From the NCBI GenBank assembly GCA_951406725.2, contig OX597831.1, positions 68,262,001-68,326,000 of the forward strand: a stretch of 64,000 nucleotides of DNA. The letters run 5' to 3'. Source of the stretch: Octopus vulgaris. Lineage: Eukaryota. The position numbers and the translations under genes were made by a program. Below are positions 48,857-62,750 of the stretch, in pieces (positions within the stretch are counted from its first letter, which is position 1; the number at the start of each line of letters is the position of its first letter). The notes under the pieces were generated by a model. The model was not told the origin of the DNA. It made no database searches and was given only the letters and a program-made list of their open reading frames with translations.

Positions 48857-50970
48857 TGGAGGAAAAACACATCAAGTCTGAAGTCTCCTGCACAGCTCAG
48901 ATGGCCAGGTGCTTCTCACAGACACAGCATCCATTCTCAACTACTGGTTTAAATACTTTCAAGCCCTCTTCAGTGCAAACTCAGTTGTCCAGGAAAATGA
49001 AATCCTTCACATCCAGCAGCAGCTTATCAAAATGGAACTAAATGAGCCTCCAACCCTGGAAGAGACCACAGTTGCCATAGGTCAGCTGAAGAGTAGAAAG
49101 GCAAATGGAGTCGATGGCATACCACTAGAGATATGGAAGCATGGGGGTTCTGTCCTACATGCTAAACTCCATGAGTTTCTTGTTACATATTGGGAACAGG
49201 GCAAGCTGCCGTGAGATCTCCACAATACTGTCATCATTACACTGTATGAAAACAAATGGGAAAAAATCAGACTGCCTGAACTACCAGAGAATCACCCTGC
49301 TTTTCACTGCAGGAAAAGTTCTAGCGAGAAAACTCCTCAACAGACTTGTTCTGTCCATTGTCAAAAATCTCTTCCCAGAAAGCCAATGTATTTTCAGAGC
49401 CAACAGAGGCACAAAAGATATGGTTTTCATTCTCTGGCAGCTCCAAGAAAAGTGCTAGGAGCAAAACAAGGCATTATATGTAACATTTGTCAATCTGACA
49501 AAAGCATTCAAAACTGTGAGCATAAAAGGTCTGTGGCAGACACTAAACCGACTTGACTGTCCCCTAAAATTCTTAACCAGCTTCATGAAGACCAACAAGG
49601 ACAAGTCCACCTGAACAGCAACATATCAGAGCCATTCCCCATCAACAATGGCATGAAGCTGGGCTGTGTCCTGGCCCCAACTCTCTTCAGCATCTTCTTC
49701 AGCATGATACTCAAGCAGAACACTGCAAACCTTGATGCTGAAGATAGCGTTTACATCAAGTACCATCTGGATGGTAGTCTATTTCATACTCTGGTGCCTG
49801 ATGCAGCCTCCTGGCTTCCCAGACCCCGGTCGAACTGTCCAACTCATGTTAGCATGGAAAACGGACGTTAAACGATGATGATGACGATACCATTAAGCAC
49901 TTACTATTTTTATGGGCCTATAGGCCCACACCAAGACCTAAGAGCAACTGATGCAGGACCTTCTCTTTGTAGTTGATGCCACACTTGTTGCACACACAGA
50001 AAGAGCTCTGCAACACATCCCATCCTGCTTTGCAGAGGCCGCCCAGCTCTTTGGACTGGAAGTAAGCTTGAAAAGGACTGAAGTCCTACACCAACCAGCT
50101 CCTCTGGCAGAGTTCAGTCTGCCTTACATCACCATTATCAAAACAGAACTGAAGTCAGTACAGCAGTTCACTTATCTTGGCTGCACCATCTCATCAGATG
50201 TGAATATCGACAATGAAATTGACAACAGACTTGAAAAGGCAAACAAAGGTTTTTGCTAGACTGTACAAGCCTGTGCAGAACAACAAGTATCTTAATATCA
50301 GCACATGAGCCTATGTCTACAGGGCCGTTGTTCTCATGATGCTCTTATATGGCTCTTAGCCTTGAGTTCCCTATTGCTATCATCTCAGATTCCTCAAATG
50401 TTTTCGGCAGCACTGCCTCCGTATCCTCCTCAACATTTCTTGGAGCAACTACATCACCAACACTGAGGTCTTTGAGTGGGCAAAGGTCTCCAGCTTGGGG
50501 GTCATTTTATTTAGGACAAGACTGGGTTGGGCAGAGCATGTTGTCAGAATGAAAGACCACCACCTACCTAAGATCATCATGTATGGTGAGCTCAACACCA
50601 ACCACCACAACAGGTGTTGGGGGAGGGCACCTAGGAAGCATTACAAGGACTGCCTGAAGTAGTCCCTTAGCGTTTGTGATATAGATTATTGTGAGTGGTG
50701 CACTCTAACAGCTGACTGTGTCACTTGACACCATACCATCAGAGATGTTGTTTTCTCCTCTGAGAGCTCTCGCAGTGCCTCTCTTGAAGACACATGCCTG
50801 TGGCAAAAATGCAATGCAGCTGCATTATCAGATCCTGAACAACCATATCCCTGTCATCACTGCAACTGGATATGTTGATCCCACATTGGCCTTATCAGCC
50901 ATGAATGAGCATTCAGACAATACAGACAACAACCTTCCTAATCTTCATCAGTGAAGGCAAGCCAAGAAGG
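48857..50970 (+). mobile_element. 5'-truncated BovB-like RTE LINE remnant
   Basis: PPTLEE..KANGVDGIPLE, NYQRITLL, GCVLAPTLFSIFF, DLLFVVD (degenerate FADD), FTYLG and a C-terminal CHHC..SHIGLISH finger. Confidence 0.9.
49790..49888 (+). mobile_element. Short RTE 3' tail nested in the BovB-like element
   Basis: ctggcttcccagaccccggtcgaac...ggacgttaaacgatgatg, as at 6630-6721. Confidence 0.8.
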
Positions 50971-51029
50971 ATATACATATATAGGTTCTGGTATATTCTG
51001 TTAAGATTGTAGTAGAGTACAGTATAAAG

Positions 51030-51173
51030 AACCCGCTGGCTTGACACCATCAAGAGTGATACTGGAATGGACATAGCCAATCTGAAAGAAACGGCCCAGG
51101 ATAGAACTGACTGGAGGACACTGATCCAACGAATAACCGAGAGTTGACTTCGACTGAGCAGATAGATGGATGG
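51030..51173 (+). mobile_element. 3' end of another RTE-type LINE
   Basis: WLDTIKSDTG..LKETAQDRTDWR followed by a (GATG) tail. Probable TSD acagtataaag/acaatataaag. Confidence 0.65.
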
Positions 51174-52143
51174 ACAATATAAAGCTCAACCACCTTTAGA
51201 TTTCACCCTGTGCTATCCAGTAGTAGCATTATATGTACTTGCAGGTTTATGTTTGGGCTTCTGTTGTGTGTGAATAGATAATTGAAAAAATTTGGAGTTA
51301 ACACCTTTGATAAACTTAGCAGCTACTACTAAGTCCAAGCCATAACAAACAGAGAGGATGCTCTTGAAGATGAGAATTTGAACTGATGGAGATAATATTT
51401 ACATATCACTTGAAGAAACACAACTAGATCTCATAATGCAAGGAAACGGTTGCATAATCAAGTACTAGCATACCTGGAGAACTACATTGCGTAAAAACAA
51501 TTGTAGTGATTGAGAATAGATATCCTATCATACTCTTCTTGTTGACTACAAATTTTATCAATTATATACATATATATCTATATATATATATATATATATA
51601 TATATTAATAAAAGGAATTCCAACCTTGTCTGATTTTCACGTTTTATTTACAATCTTATAATGATATAATATAAGATAATATAATATAATAAAATAAAAT
51701 AAAATAAAATAATAGAATGTTAAATGTTCATTCTGAGTGTACTAGTACTTTCATGCATTAAATTATGCAAACTTCAGGTTCATGTAGTAGTGGTGACAGT
51801 CATGCTTCACAATTTTTGACTATATATATTTATATACATGTGTGTGTGTTTGAGTTTGGTATTTTGTATTTGTCAGATGTCGACCAGTACACTCATAAAA
51901 GCTATATACTACTTGTTGCAAGTTATTACATATTATAACCACCATGCCAAGTTAACTGGATGGGATTTTTATGTATGTGGTTCTTCATGTAGCATAGGAT
52001 AAATATAATAATAATGAGAAATACTTCATAGATTGAGATTTCATATTTTTATTAATGCATTACTATATATGCTTCAGCATTATACGTATTTATATGGGAC
52101 CACTTCACCAATATATATATGTATATATATATACATATATATA

Positions 52144-52354
52144 TACTCTTTACTCTTTTACTTGTTTCAGTCATTTGATTGTGGCCATGCTGGAGCACCG
52201 CCTTTAATCGAGCAACTCGACCCCAGGACTTATTCTTTTGTAAGCCCAGTACTTATTCTATCGGTCTCATTTGCCGAACCGCTTGGTAACAGGGATGTAA
52301 ACATGCCAGCATCAGTTGTCAAGCAATGCTAGGGGGACAAGCACAGACACACAA

Positions 52355-52405
<51 letters not shown>

Positions 52406-52565
52406 TACGACAGGCTTCTTTCAGTTTCCGTCTACCAAATCCACTCACAAGGCTTTGGTCGGCCCGAGGCTATAGTAGAAGACACTTGCTCAAGGTGCCA
52501 CGCAGTGGGACTGTACCCGGAACCATGTGGGTAGTAAACAAGCTACTTACCACGCAGCCACTCCT
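52144..52565 (-). mobile_element. SINE family A
   Basis: Full-length copy between (TA)n tracts. Confidence 0.92.
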
Positions 52566-53314
52566 ATATATATATATATATATATATATAGGTATGCATA
52601 CAAATTGTATCTCATGATAAATCATTGAAGAATAGTGTAACCAGAACAGCTTTAATATTTTTGACCCTCATCAGTGAATCCCAATCTACTGAAGCCAGCT
52701 TCAATCAGTTGACAAAAGTTTTTACAACAGAAAAAGAGTTTTGATATTAAGAGTCAGTATAACTGGCATAGTTACAAAAAAGTTAATGAATATACTATTA
52801 ACTCAGATTCTTCTCTTTCTGACCCAGCTTACTCATTGCTTATTATAATCAATATAATATCTTTCCTATATAGATGTTGCAATGCATCTGATGATCAGCA
52901 GTTGCTTTGTTATCATGTTTGTGATAAACCTTTCTTGTGATAAACATCAAAATTCAACAAATCACCCATTTCAATGATGCATTTAATCTCTACATAAGTA
53001 GTGTTAGTATGTATTGAAGAAGACAGTCCATTGAAGAAGAATGAATTTTCTAAAATAAATTGGTAGAAAGTGGAGAGACCACTGAGTGTTGGAAAAAGAC
53101 AACAAAACCCCCCAAAAAACCAAAAGCCCTCGTAAATGCAAGTGGTTCACTCTAGCAAGAAAATCTAGCTAGAGACTGCACCAAAGACACAATTTCTAGT
53201 GTTGATGTACCGAATACATACATTCATAGTGACTTTGAATTGGATAAAGACTGATAATTTAGGAGATTAGGGACTGTAACACCTAAAGCATCATCACTCT
53301 TGGTATTGCCTTTC

Positions 53315-54554
53315 CAGGTTGAGTCAAAAGTTTTTTTTGTATTTCAAGCTTTAATTAATAGTTCAAACAAATTACATATAAAAAGTATTTATTCATCAAA
53401 ATCAATCCCAACATATTCTACTGTGTGTTGTCACCTTTGTGTCAGAAGCTAAATTCCACATTCATGCTGTTTGGCTTGTGTTGAGGCAAAAATCTCGCTG
53501 CATCTGTTTTCGACCTCATCCACATTGTTGAACCTCCGTCCACGAAGGAAATGAGCCATGGCTCAAAAAAGGTGGTAATCTGATGGTACAAGATCTGGAT
53601 TGTAGGCATGGTGAGGCAGCACTTCCAGCCCTTTGAGTTTGCACATGGTCACATTAGCAGTGTGAGCTGAGGAACTGGCATGCTTTAGGAATGCACATCT
53701 TTGATTGACCAATGACAGGTAGCAGGCTTTCAAAGCATCATATGCTTGCTGCAGTTGTTGAGCATAAAGGTTAGTATTTACAACATGACCATCTGATAGA
53801 AGCTCAAAGTGCAACACCTCAAAACTTTACCAAACACAAAACATAAAGTTCTATTCAAATGCTCTTGTTTGACAACAGATTCTGAAGCCTGGCAGAAAAA
53901 ATGCCACTAATTTCTCTTGTTAGGATTACAAAAATAGATCCAGTTTTCATCCCCAGTTACAATTTGACACCAAAAACAGACAAACAGGCATCTTGAAGAA
54001 TTACCAGCAGTTGTTTGCAAATGTTCACACGTCATTGAAGTTGGTCATTGGTCAATTCATGAGGGGCTCCTTGACAGTGTCTGTTCACAAGGCTGAGCTT
54101 ATGGAGGTGTTGATTGATGTTGCTTTGTGAAGGACCAATTTCTGCTAACAATGTATGAGTGCTTATGCTTGGCCTCATCTTCCAGATCAGGTCTCTCTGA
54201 CCTTGGTTTGTCATCTTCCTTGAAGCATCTGAGCCAGCTTTGTACCACATGTTCGTTGACCTTTCCTGAGTCTTCCACATCATTAATTTATTTTTCCAAC
54301 CCCCCCCCCTTGCTCTCATTTCTTTTTTCCACATGTAGTGTAAAAGGATTCTGATTGCAAATTTTTCCACCACTCATTACCAAACACGTAAAGTTAAAAG
54401 AATAAACAATGTTTATATGTTATATTTCAAAATGAGGAATAAACAATTCAGCAATGATTGGACAACAAATTGTATCAAATGAATAATATAACATTGACAT
54501 ACAAATTGAGTGAAATCATCGGTGGAAATCTGCAACAATGCTTGATTCAACCTG
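53315..54554 (-). mobile_element. Decayed full-length mariner element (~1.24 kb)
   Basis: IVTGDENWI and HAYNPDLVPSDYHLF (YSPDLAPSD motif), plus N-terminal ORF 54032-54373. Degenerate TIRs caggttgagtcaa and ttgattcaacctg. Confidence 0.88.
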
Positions 54555-56047
54555 ATAAATCTATTCTGCTCTGCTACAACAGTAAGCAACTTAAAGTTCA
54601 TCCAATCAAAAGGACTCGGCCAAAGGAAATATTCAAAAATATATTTTGAAATGATAAATTAAATAGTGAGATGGCGCTATTCTATTAATATACTATTTTC
54701 ATATCGAATGTGGTTTTACACCAACATTAAACTGACAGATTAGAAAATGATTCAGAAATCAGCTTAAATTTATATATAAAATATCTATAGAGTTGCAACT
54801 GGTTGAGTTGATGTGAAGTTGCACTGCTTGGTAAAGATCAACAATTCTTTCCTATTCAAATCCTTGCACTAAAAGTAAACGATGTTCTTGAGCAGGTCAT
54901 TTTACTTTCATTGGTCCAGTTTGGCTAGTTGGAAATAGACACTACAGCAAGTAGAGCCATTACCAGCAGAAGTATCATATAATTAATAAATATTTAATTA
55001 GCATGCTATACTGAATTAGTTTTTTTCTTTCAACCTCATTTGAAAATTGACAAGCTACTCTCTTATTTTGTATTCCTTAGGCTGCCTTGGTAAGATCATT
55101 GGCAGCAGCACTAACAGTAGAAAGTTTGTAACTCCGTGTAAAGGACTTTGTACAAAGAGGAGCAATTTTTCATTGATATAAATTTTCTTAACATTGGCAA
55201 AAAATATACACTTTATACATACACACATAATATACATACATGAAAGGCTTTTATGCTATTTCTGCTGACTAGATTATACCTTTATAATATTGCTTCACCT
55301 GAAGTTATACTAAAAGATGTACCTAATGTTTCATGAAAGGAATCAAATCCAAAACTAATTGGTTATGAAACAAACTTCTTTATTACGCAACAATGTCTGC
55401 ACCCATGGATGCTATAGAAACCATAGCTGGGTTCTTGGATTTTGAAAGCCTTAGATTTTATAAAATCCTCCAGTCTTTTTCCCCAGATATTAAAACCAGA
55501 GCCACACTATGCAAATCTTTATTTGCTTACATAAGAGATATGGTAACTGAAACAGCTACATCTTCACTAGTTTGAAAGTTTCAACAACAAAATTTTTCAG
55601 TTATGTTTTTATTGTTTTGTGTCCATTGTTACGGGTTGACTCCTTGGTGCAATCATTTATTTGTTGAAGCAATTTGCTTTACATTTTGCTTCCCTTCTTA
55701 TCTGTAACCACTTAACCACTTAATCACTGTGTAGGATCAGGACATTTTTTTTATTCACGCAGGCAAAATGGAGCAAGTAGAGACCATTTGCTTAGGGAAT
55801 GGTTGAATGACTGATGTATGATCATTGTAATTTTGTTGTGAGGAAAATACTGTAGTGCTTGGGGAATTTCGGCAGCAATCCAGTTCCAGTCCTTTAGTGT
55901 TAAACGTTTTCCAACTAAAATTATTATTTCTCTGAGGAATGTTACAAATTATCATGTAGGTCATTTGTGTTAAGTCAAAAGAAATTAATATCTTATGTCA
56001 ATGTTATTGGAATGCAAGAGTTAGAAACTATAATATTGTTTTCAATT

Positions 56048-56430
56048 GTGAAGGCGCAATGGCCCAGTGGTTAGGGCAGTGGACTCGCGGTCGTAGGATC
56101 GTGGTTTCGATACCCAGACCGGGCGTTGTGAGTGTTTATTGAGCGAAAACACCTAAAGCTCCACGAGGCTCCAGCAGGGATGGTGGTGATCCCTGCTGTA
56201 CTCTTTCACCACAACTTTCTCTCACTCTTACTTCCTGTTTCTGTTGTACCTGTATTTCAAAGGGCCGGCCTTGTCACTCTCTGTGTCACGCTGAATATCC
56301 CCGAGAACTACGTTAAGGGTACACGTGTCTGTGGAGTGCTCAGCCACTTACACATTAATTTCACGAGCAGGCTGTTCCATTGATCGGGTCAACCGGAACC
56401 CTCGTCGTCGTAACCGACGGAGTGCTTCCC
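56048..56430 (+). mobile_element. SINE family B (tail type 1)
   Basis: 13-bp TSD attgttttcaatt at 56035-56047 and 56431-56443. Confidence 0.92.
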
Positions 56431-57964
56431 ATTGTTTTCAATTACTATTCTTACAGTTAGCAGAAATGATAGAATATCTATTGCGGTGCTTACTGCTTCA
56501 TTTATTTTCTATCTTTTCTGATTTCAAATTCTGACTTTGCCCGCTATCATTTGGGCATCAATAAAGCAAGCACTAGTAAATATATTAAAGTTAATTCTAC
56601 TGAATTAACCCACATATTTTGTAAAGCAGTTATTCAAGCTTTTATTGTTTCCAAATAAAACGTTTGCAAATTATTTTTAACTGCTTTCTGAAGATCTCAC
56701 TTGTCAAAATGTTAGAATCGTTAGTAAGCTGAAAAAGATATGAAACTGAAGTAAATTGTTAATGCTATCAATAATTTAACTTTCCTTTTAACTAAGTTAT
56801 TGTATTTTAATGTTTTCGATAAAGGCTTCAGTTCTGAGGGTGATAGACTGTAAGCTGAAAGTTTGATGATTTTAATTCTGCTGTAGGAAATTATCCATCG
56901 ACAAGACAAGTAGTTTTTTGTTGTCCCAATCCAACTTGCCATAAATCTTTGGAGCCAGGTAATTCATTTGCAATTAGCTCTGAATAATTAACAATGATTT
57001 CATTAACTTGCAGAAGTAGGTTTGAAGTTTTCCTTTATGTCTGGAATGTTAATGAAAATCTAATATTGTATATTCTTCACTGTAAACTTCGATTTTCATC
57101 AACAGTGTTGGTAGGAATAGTGCTGTTTTAGAGTTTCTTGAAACTTCTTTAGCAACACTAGCTGAATTTCCTAAATAGGTTTACACTGATGTACTAAACT
57201 GGATTCATACTGCAATTTCAGTTTACAACTTCCTGGGGTATTTAGAAGTAGAGAGCAGGAAAAGGAGAAGAACTTGCAAGGCTGAGAGAACAGTAAAAGT
57301 AAATGATGTTACAGTCATTAATATTCAAATTGAACTATTGTAATTAGTTGGAAGATGAGAAAAAAGTTTAGGGCAAATGTTTTGAACAAAGTTGATGATA
57401 TATGCAGCAAAATAGTCTACTTGGGTTGTACAGAAAAAAAGTCCATTTAAAAGCATCAACTCAATGATGAACAGTTTTTTATACAGTGTTTCATGAATGC
57501 AGATTTAATACATGATAAGTGAGACCTAGGTAGCTGATTTTTTAATTATTTTTCTTTGACAATGATAAATACTTAACCATGGATTAATTGGATTAATGTA
57601 ATCAATTAATTCACACATTTACAAAATCTAGCTCTGTATGTAGTACATAAAATTGATATTTAGATTCCATTATGTGGATGCAATAACAGAAATGGTAGAA
57701 CACTAACTTCAAAGTATATATATTTTTTATATCGCTTAAACAGAAAAGAAAGGAAAAGTCATATCACTCTTTCACAAGATTCCAAAACTAGTCAGGGAAA
57801 GAGAAAGATAATCCCCTACAAGGAGAGACCTGACCTGAATGCTTGCAATGTACTAGACTCCACCAAAAATGTCTAGGGACCAAGGGGTGGTGGAGATGCC
57901 AAATGAGTTGACAGATCAAGTCTACTATAAAAAAAAAACAGCAATGGTTCCTCTCATGCAATTT

Positions 57965-58115
57965 CATACAGTTTTTGCTTATCAAAGTATATTCATATGG
58001 TTTTGTTCAGCTTGAGGTTATGGTAGAAGATATAATGACCAGTGTGCTCCAGAGTAGAATAGAACCTAAAGCCACATAGTCATAAAGCAAAATACTTAAC
58101 TACACAGTCATTTCC
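57965..58115 (-). mobile_element. Very old SINE family A head remnant
   Basis: Weak similarity: gaggttatggtagaaga...cttaactacacagtcat. Confidence 0.45.
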
Positions 58116-58428
58116 AGAGTCTAAATCCTTCCGAGACTGCTTTTAATACTTATCTCACAGAAGTTTTTAAATTACATACGATGAATGTACTGAGGCCCCT
58201 AAAATTGAATAATGCTTTATATAAATTTTATTCAAAATAACATAGTAAACAATCGAATTGCTAAAAAATATTTAGAAATTGAGGAAACTAAACAATTCTT
58301 GAGGGTAATTTGTTTTTTCTTTTCTTATATTAAAAAGGAAAAAATATTGCACGTTATTCATTGTTACATTTTGCTGACGGGTATAAAAGAGACTATCTAG
58401 TGAACCATGTTGTATGGTTTCATATATG

Positions 58429-58470
<42 letters not shown>

Positions 58471-61400
58471 AACACAGACACATTTATAAATATATGTATA
58501 TGCAGTTAGTGATTGACTGAAACTTTAGGAAAAAATATTTACACATGCATTAATGAAAATATTCCGTCTCCACATACATACACATCTAAACAAATGTGTA
58601 TTTATGTATGTAATGATAAGTGTATAACAGCATTGATGGTGAAACAAATTTAATACACCATATTGATAAGCATAAAAGTTGATGTCATTTTATGCTGTTT
58701 TTATTCAATTTCATTTCATTTTTAAATGATAAACATTTGTATATAATGGAGACCCTTAAGATATTTTTGTTCTCAAGCCAAATAAGAAAAATGCTTGTCA
58801 AATTTATTGCAAAAAAGTCATTAAATAACTGCCAAGCTATCATAAAGGACATTACAGAACCATTTCTCTTCGAGTAGAAACTGGTTTTGTATTGAAAATT
58901 CCAAATCTTTCTGCAAAAAATAGAAATATGTTTCAATTTTACATTTTCAAAATCTAAAAACACTTTCATTACAGAAAATAGAAGTATGTGGTAGTTTTGA
59001 TTTTAGTGCACCTCCCTCTCATTTGGTTTCATTGATTTTTCTGTAAGATTTGTCAGAAATAAAGCAAATGAAAACATTTACATAAGTACCAAGTTACATG
59101 CTACTAAAAACAAATACTTTTTATTATAATTTTATAAAATTTGTTTCTAAGTTTAACTTCATAATATTTAGATAGTTGCTCACATGAAAGCTTCCACTAA
59201 TAGGAATGTTTGAGTGCATGAGTTGCAGATCTCATGGTCATGAGTTCCCAGTCTACAATTTTAAAATATTTGGCTCAAATTTGCTTACTCTAATTATTTA
59301 TCAAAGTTTTAAATATATTCATCCTCTTGGATTATTAAATTTATCAGTAGCTGATTTTCATAACAGTGTTAGTTATTTGAACTGCAGTAGAAAGTAATGT
59401 TAGGGAAAAATCATCGTATTGAATTCAAATTTACATCACTTAAAACTCGTTTGCATTGAATCTATACATTCAACCAAGAAATTCTTTTTTTCTGCAGATA
59501 AAATAATTATAATAGTGTCAAGGCTGGTGATAAATTTTGAGATTATCTCAGTGCTGTTGGTTTGTCTGTTCAGTTTATTAGCTTTGGGTTGTGAAAAAGC
59601 TTTCAGACAATTGAATATAAATCAACTACTTTTAAGAACTATAGAGTAACAACTGAGCCCATATTAAGTGAAAATTTGTAGAAGAATCTTCTTGACATGT
59701 GATATTTGAATAAGTGAAAGGTAATCAATTAATCAATAATTAGATTACTTGTCTGTAGCACAATCAAATATTATAATGATGTATTATACAAGTTGAGCAA
59801 TGATTTGACGTATATAATCTTAATGTTTGTTTAAATTCCAGTCAGAATTTCCAGTGTTTCAATGATACCATTTAAAATTAGATCATGTATTGCTTTATGA
59901 AGTCAAGTGTGGGGGATTTTGTCAGTGTATGGAACATTACTTAAGAGAAATATATGTGAAGTAATTAAAGAATGAGATTGTGCATATAGGTGTCAGTCAA
60001 ATTCACTGTATGTGTTTCAGAGTAGCATTTTACCTAACTTCAGTTCATTTGTGTATTGAAAATAAGCAAATCATCTCTAAGAGTATTAGTAGAGCAGCAT
60101 TTTATTCAGAAACAGTTTTGTCTCTCCTTGATGTAAAGACATAAAACTTGATCTATGCATCCACTTTAAATTTTTTTCTGGATTTAAGAGGCATTTATGT
60201 ACATATTTATAAATTAATTTCTCTTTGAATAATCAAAAATATTGCGTAAGTAAATTTCTTTTGTGTAGAAACTGAATGCTAGAGAAAGAGCCAATCCAGA
60301 TTTACACCATATTCATTTGATTTTATCCTTTAGCATTATCCTGTTTGATGTATTAAGAACATTTCCGTACATTAAACACTTATGAACATACTAAATCTGT
60401 CTAAACACCACTCTATAAGTATTAATCTAATAAAACTTATTTTCATAAGATTTTATAAGAGCTGATATTATACTATAAAGTTAGAATAACACTCACATGT
60501 CTGTTGCTACTAATAATGGTGGAAACTATTTATCAGACAACTTTGGTGTTGTGCATACTGTTATTAAACTAATGTGAGAAAATATTTTTGAATTCTACCA
60601 GTATAATGTCTCACATGCTATTAATACAGTTTTCTTCAGATGATATCTTTGATGTATCCAAGAAAACATATAGGACCAAATGATATACACATGTAAATTA
60701 GACGGTAAATAAAATGACGATAAAGTTGAGAACTAATGTTTTTACTATCATCCAGTTGATATTAAACATATTGCAAATTTTGTCCGACACTGTTTAAAGC
60801 AAATTTCGAAAATTCAAAAGTAAAAGTACAGAAGCTGCTTATTAGTATACAGAACAAAGTCTATTTAACTGATTCACTCTGACTTACAATGTTGACTAAA
60901 AGTAGCTTGATATTATGATTTATTGATCAACAAATGATGTGATGCTATATCAACAAAACTTGTTTCAGAAATCTTGCTCAGTTTCTGATGAATAGAGATT
61001 AATAGCCTTCTTAAACAATTTTTCCAAATGGCAAACTTATTACCTAATTTCAATTAATTTTGAGGTAGTTATTCTGCTAACATTGTTGAAAAGATATTTC
61101 CAGACAAAATTCATTTCTCTTAATTATCTAGTGATATTTCTAGTATCTTAAAGACTTTTGTTTTTCATTCAAACTCTAGTTTTTACCTCAGAGTAATTTA
61201 GAGATTTTCATATTTAAACTTAAATCCGGACTAATTTTATCTAACCTTTCATCTTTATGAAGTTAATAAAAATATACAGTTAGTAATATATTTAGATGAA
61301 TAGGGAAGAACTAGAATATAAGTTAGGTATTAAGTTTGGTGTGTTGGCCAAATGAAAATCATTAACTGCTATGATACCACTGACTGATCTGCTTGGAAGT

Positions 61401-62344
61401 GATTTGAATAGTTTAATATAACTGAGAAGGAATTAAACTACATCCAGTGATAATGTTCCAGCTCAAAAGTTCTAGAATCACTCTGGCCTGGAGTGGTAAT
61501 ACCTGTTAAGGACCCTAGTTATTGATCAAATAGAATGAGTTAGTCCTGTGGATAAGGTATATAGAACTCAAGTAAAGGATAGGTCCCTATGTATGTGTCA
61601 TACGGGCTCACTGAAGTTTCTAGGTATGTGTCATACAGACTCACTGGTGTGTGGACATGCCTTGATATTGCCCCAACCCTAAGGGTTAAATAGGCCCTAT
61701 ACCTCAAGGGTAAGTTTAGGAGAGCTGGTGATGAGCAGTGCAAACTGTAAATAGACCTACAGAATGCAACAGAAAGCTATTATTTTATTTTTCTCAAGAG
61801 AAATTATGCATTTTCAAACTTTGTCATGGAGATCCAAGATGTTTGCTGGCAAGAAAGAGGAAGAGAGAGAGAGAATGACAGAAAGTGGGGTAGATAATTA
61901 GATTATTTTAATTTATATAAAGGATTTTATACACAAAATAATGCTTGTGATTAAACTACATCTTGTTAATTTTCCTATTTTTTAATTAAATGTGAATGTT
62001 AATTTTCCTCATATTTTTGAGACTAAATAACAAACAGAATCATCACAAATATATCTTCACTTCAGATTTTTCTAATAGCATGGACTATAAGTTTATGACA
62101 ATTTATTTTTCTCTATCTTATTTGTAAGCCAAAAGCCTATGGGCTCAGTGTTCTCAGTTTTGACTTCAAATTTTTCCCATCTTTAATGCTGGTACCCCTC
62201 ATATTTTACTAATGGCAATTTATTTTACACATACAAAATATTTAATTTTTGTTTTCATTTTCAAGAAGTAAATGTAGAAAATATCATGGTCAAGAAGAAG
62301 GCATTTTGCTATTAATGTGGAAGCAATTCAACCTGGATGCACAT

Positions 62345-62750
62345 ACTCTTTTATTTGTTTCAGTCATGTGACTGTGGCCATGCTGGAGCACCACCTTTAG
62401 TCGAGCTAATCGACCCCAGGACTTATTCTTTGTAAGCCTAGTACTTATTCTATCAGTCTCTTTTGCTGAACCGCTAAGTCACGGGGACGTAAACACACCA
62501 GCATCAGTTGTCAAGTGATGTTGGTGGGGGGACAAACACAGACACACAAACATATACATATACACATACATATATATATATATACACACATATATACGAT
62601 GGGCTTCTTTCAGTTTCTGTCTACCAAATCCACTCACAAGGCTTTGGTCGGCATGAGGCTATAGTAGAAGACACTTGCCCAAGGTGCCATGCAGTGGCAC
62701 TGAACCTGGAACCATGTGGTTTGTAAGCAAACTACTTACCACACAGCCAT
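62345..62750 (-). mobile_element. SINE family A
   Basis: Full-length match to the other copies. Confidence 0.92.

Noticed and set aside
52635-52680. Fourth hammerhead (minus-strand CTGATGAgggtc...AAAgctgttc)
   Set aside because: There is no GAAA, stem II does not pair and stem I is weak. It might be a decayed relic but I cannot support it.
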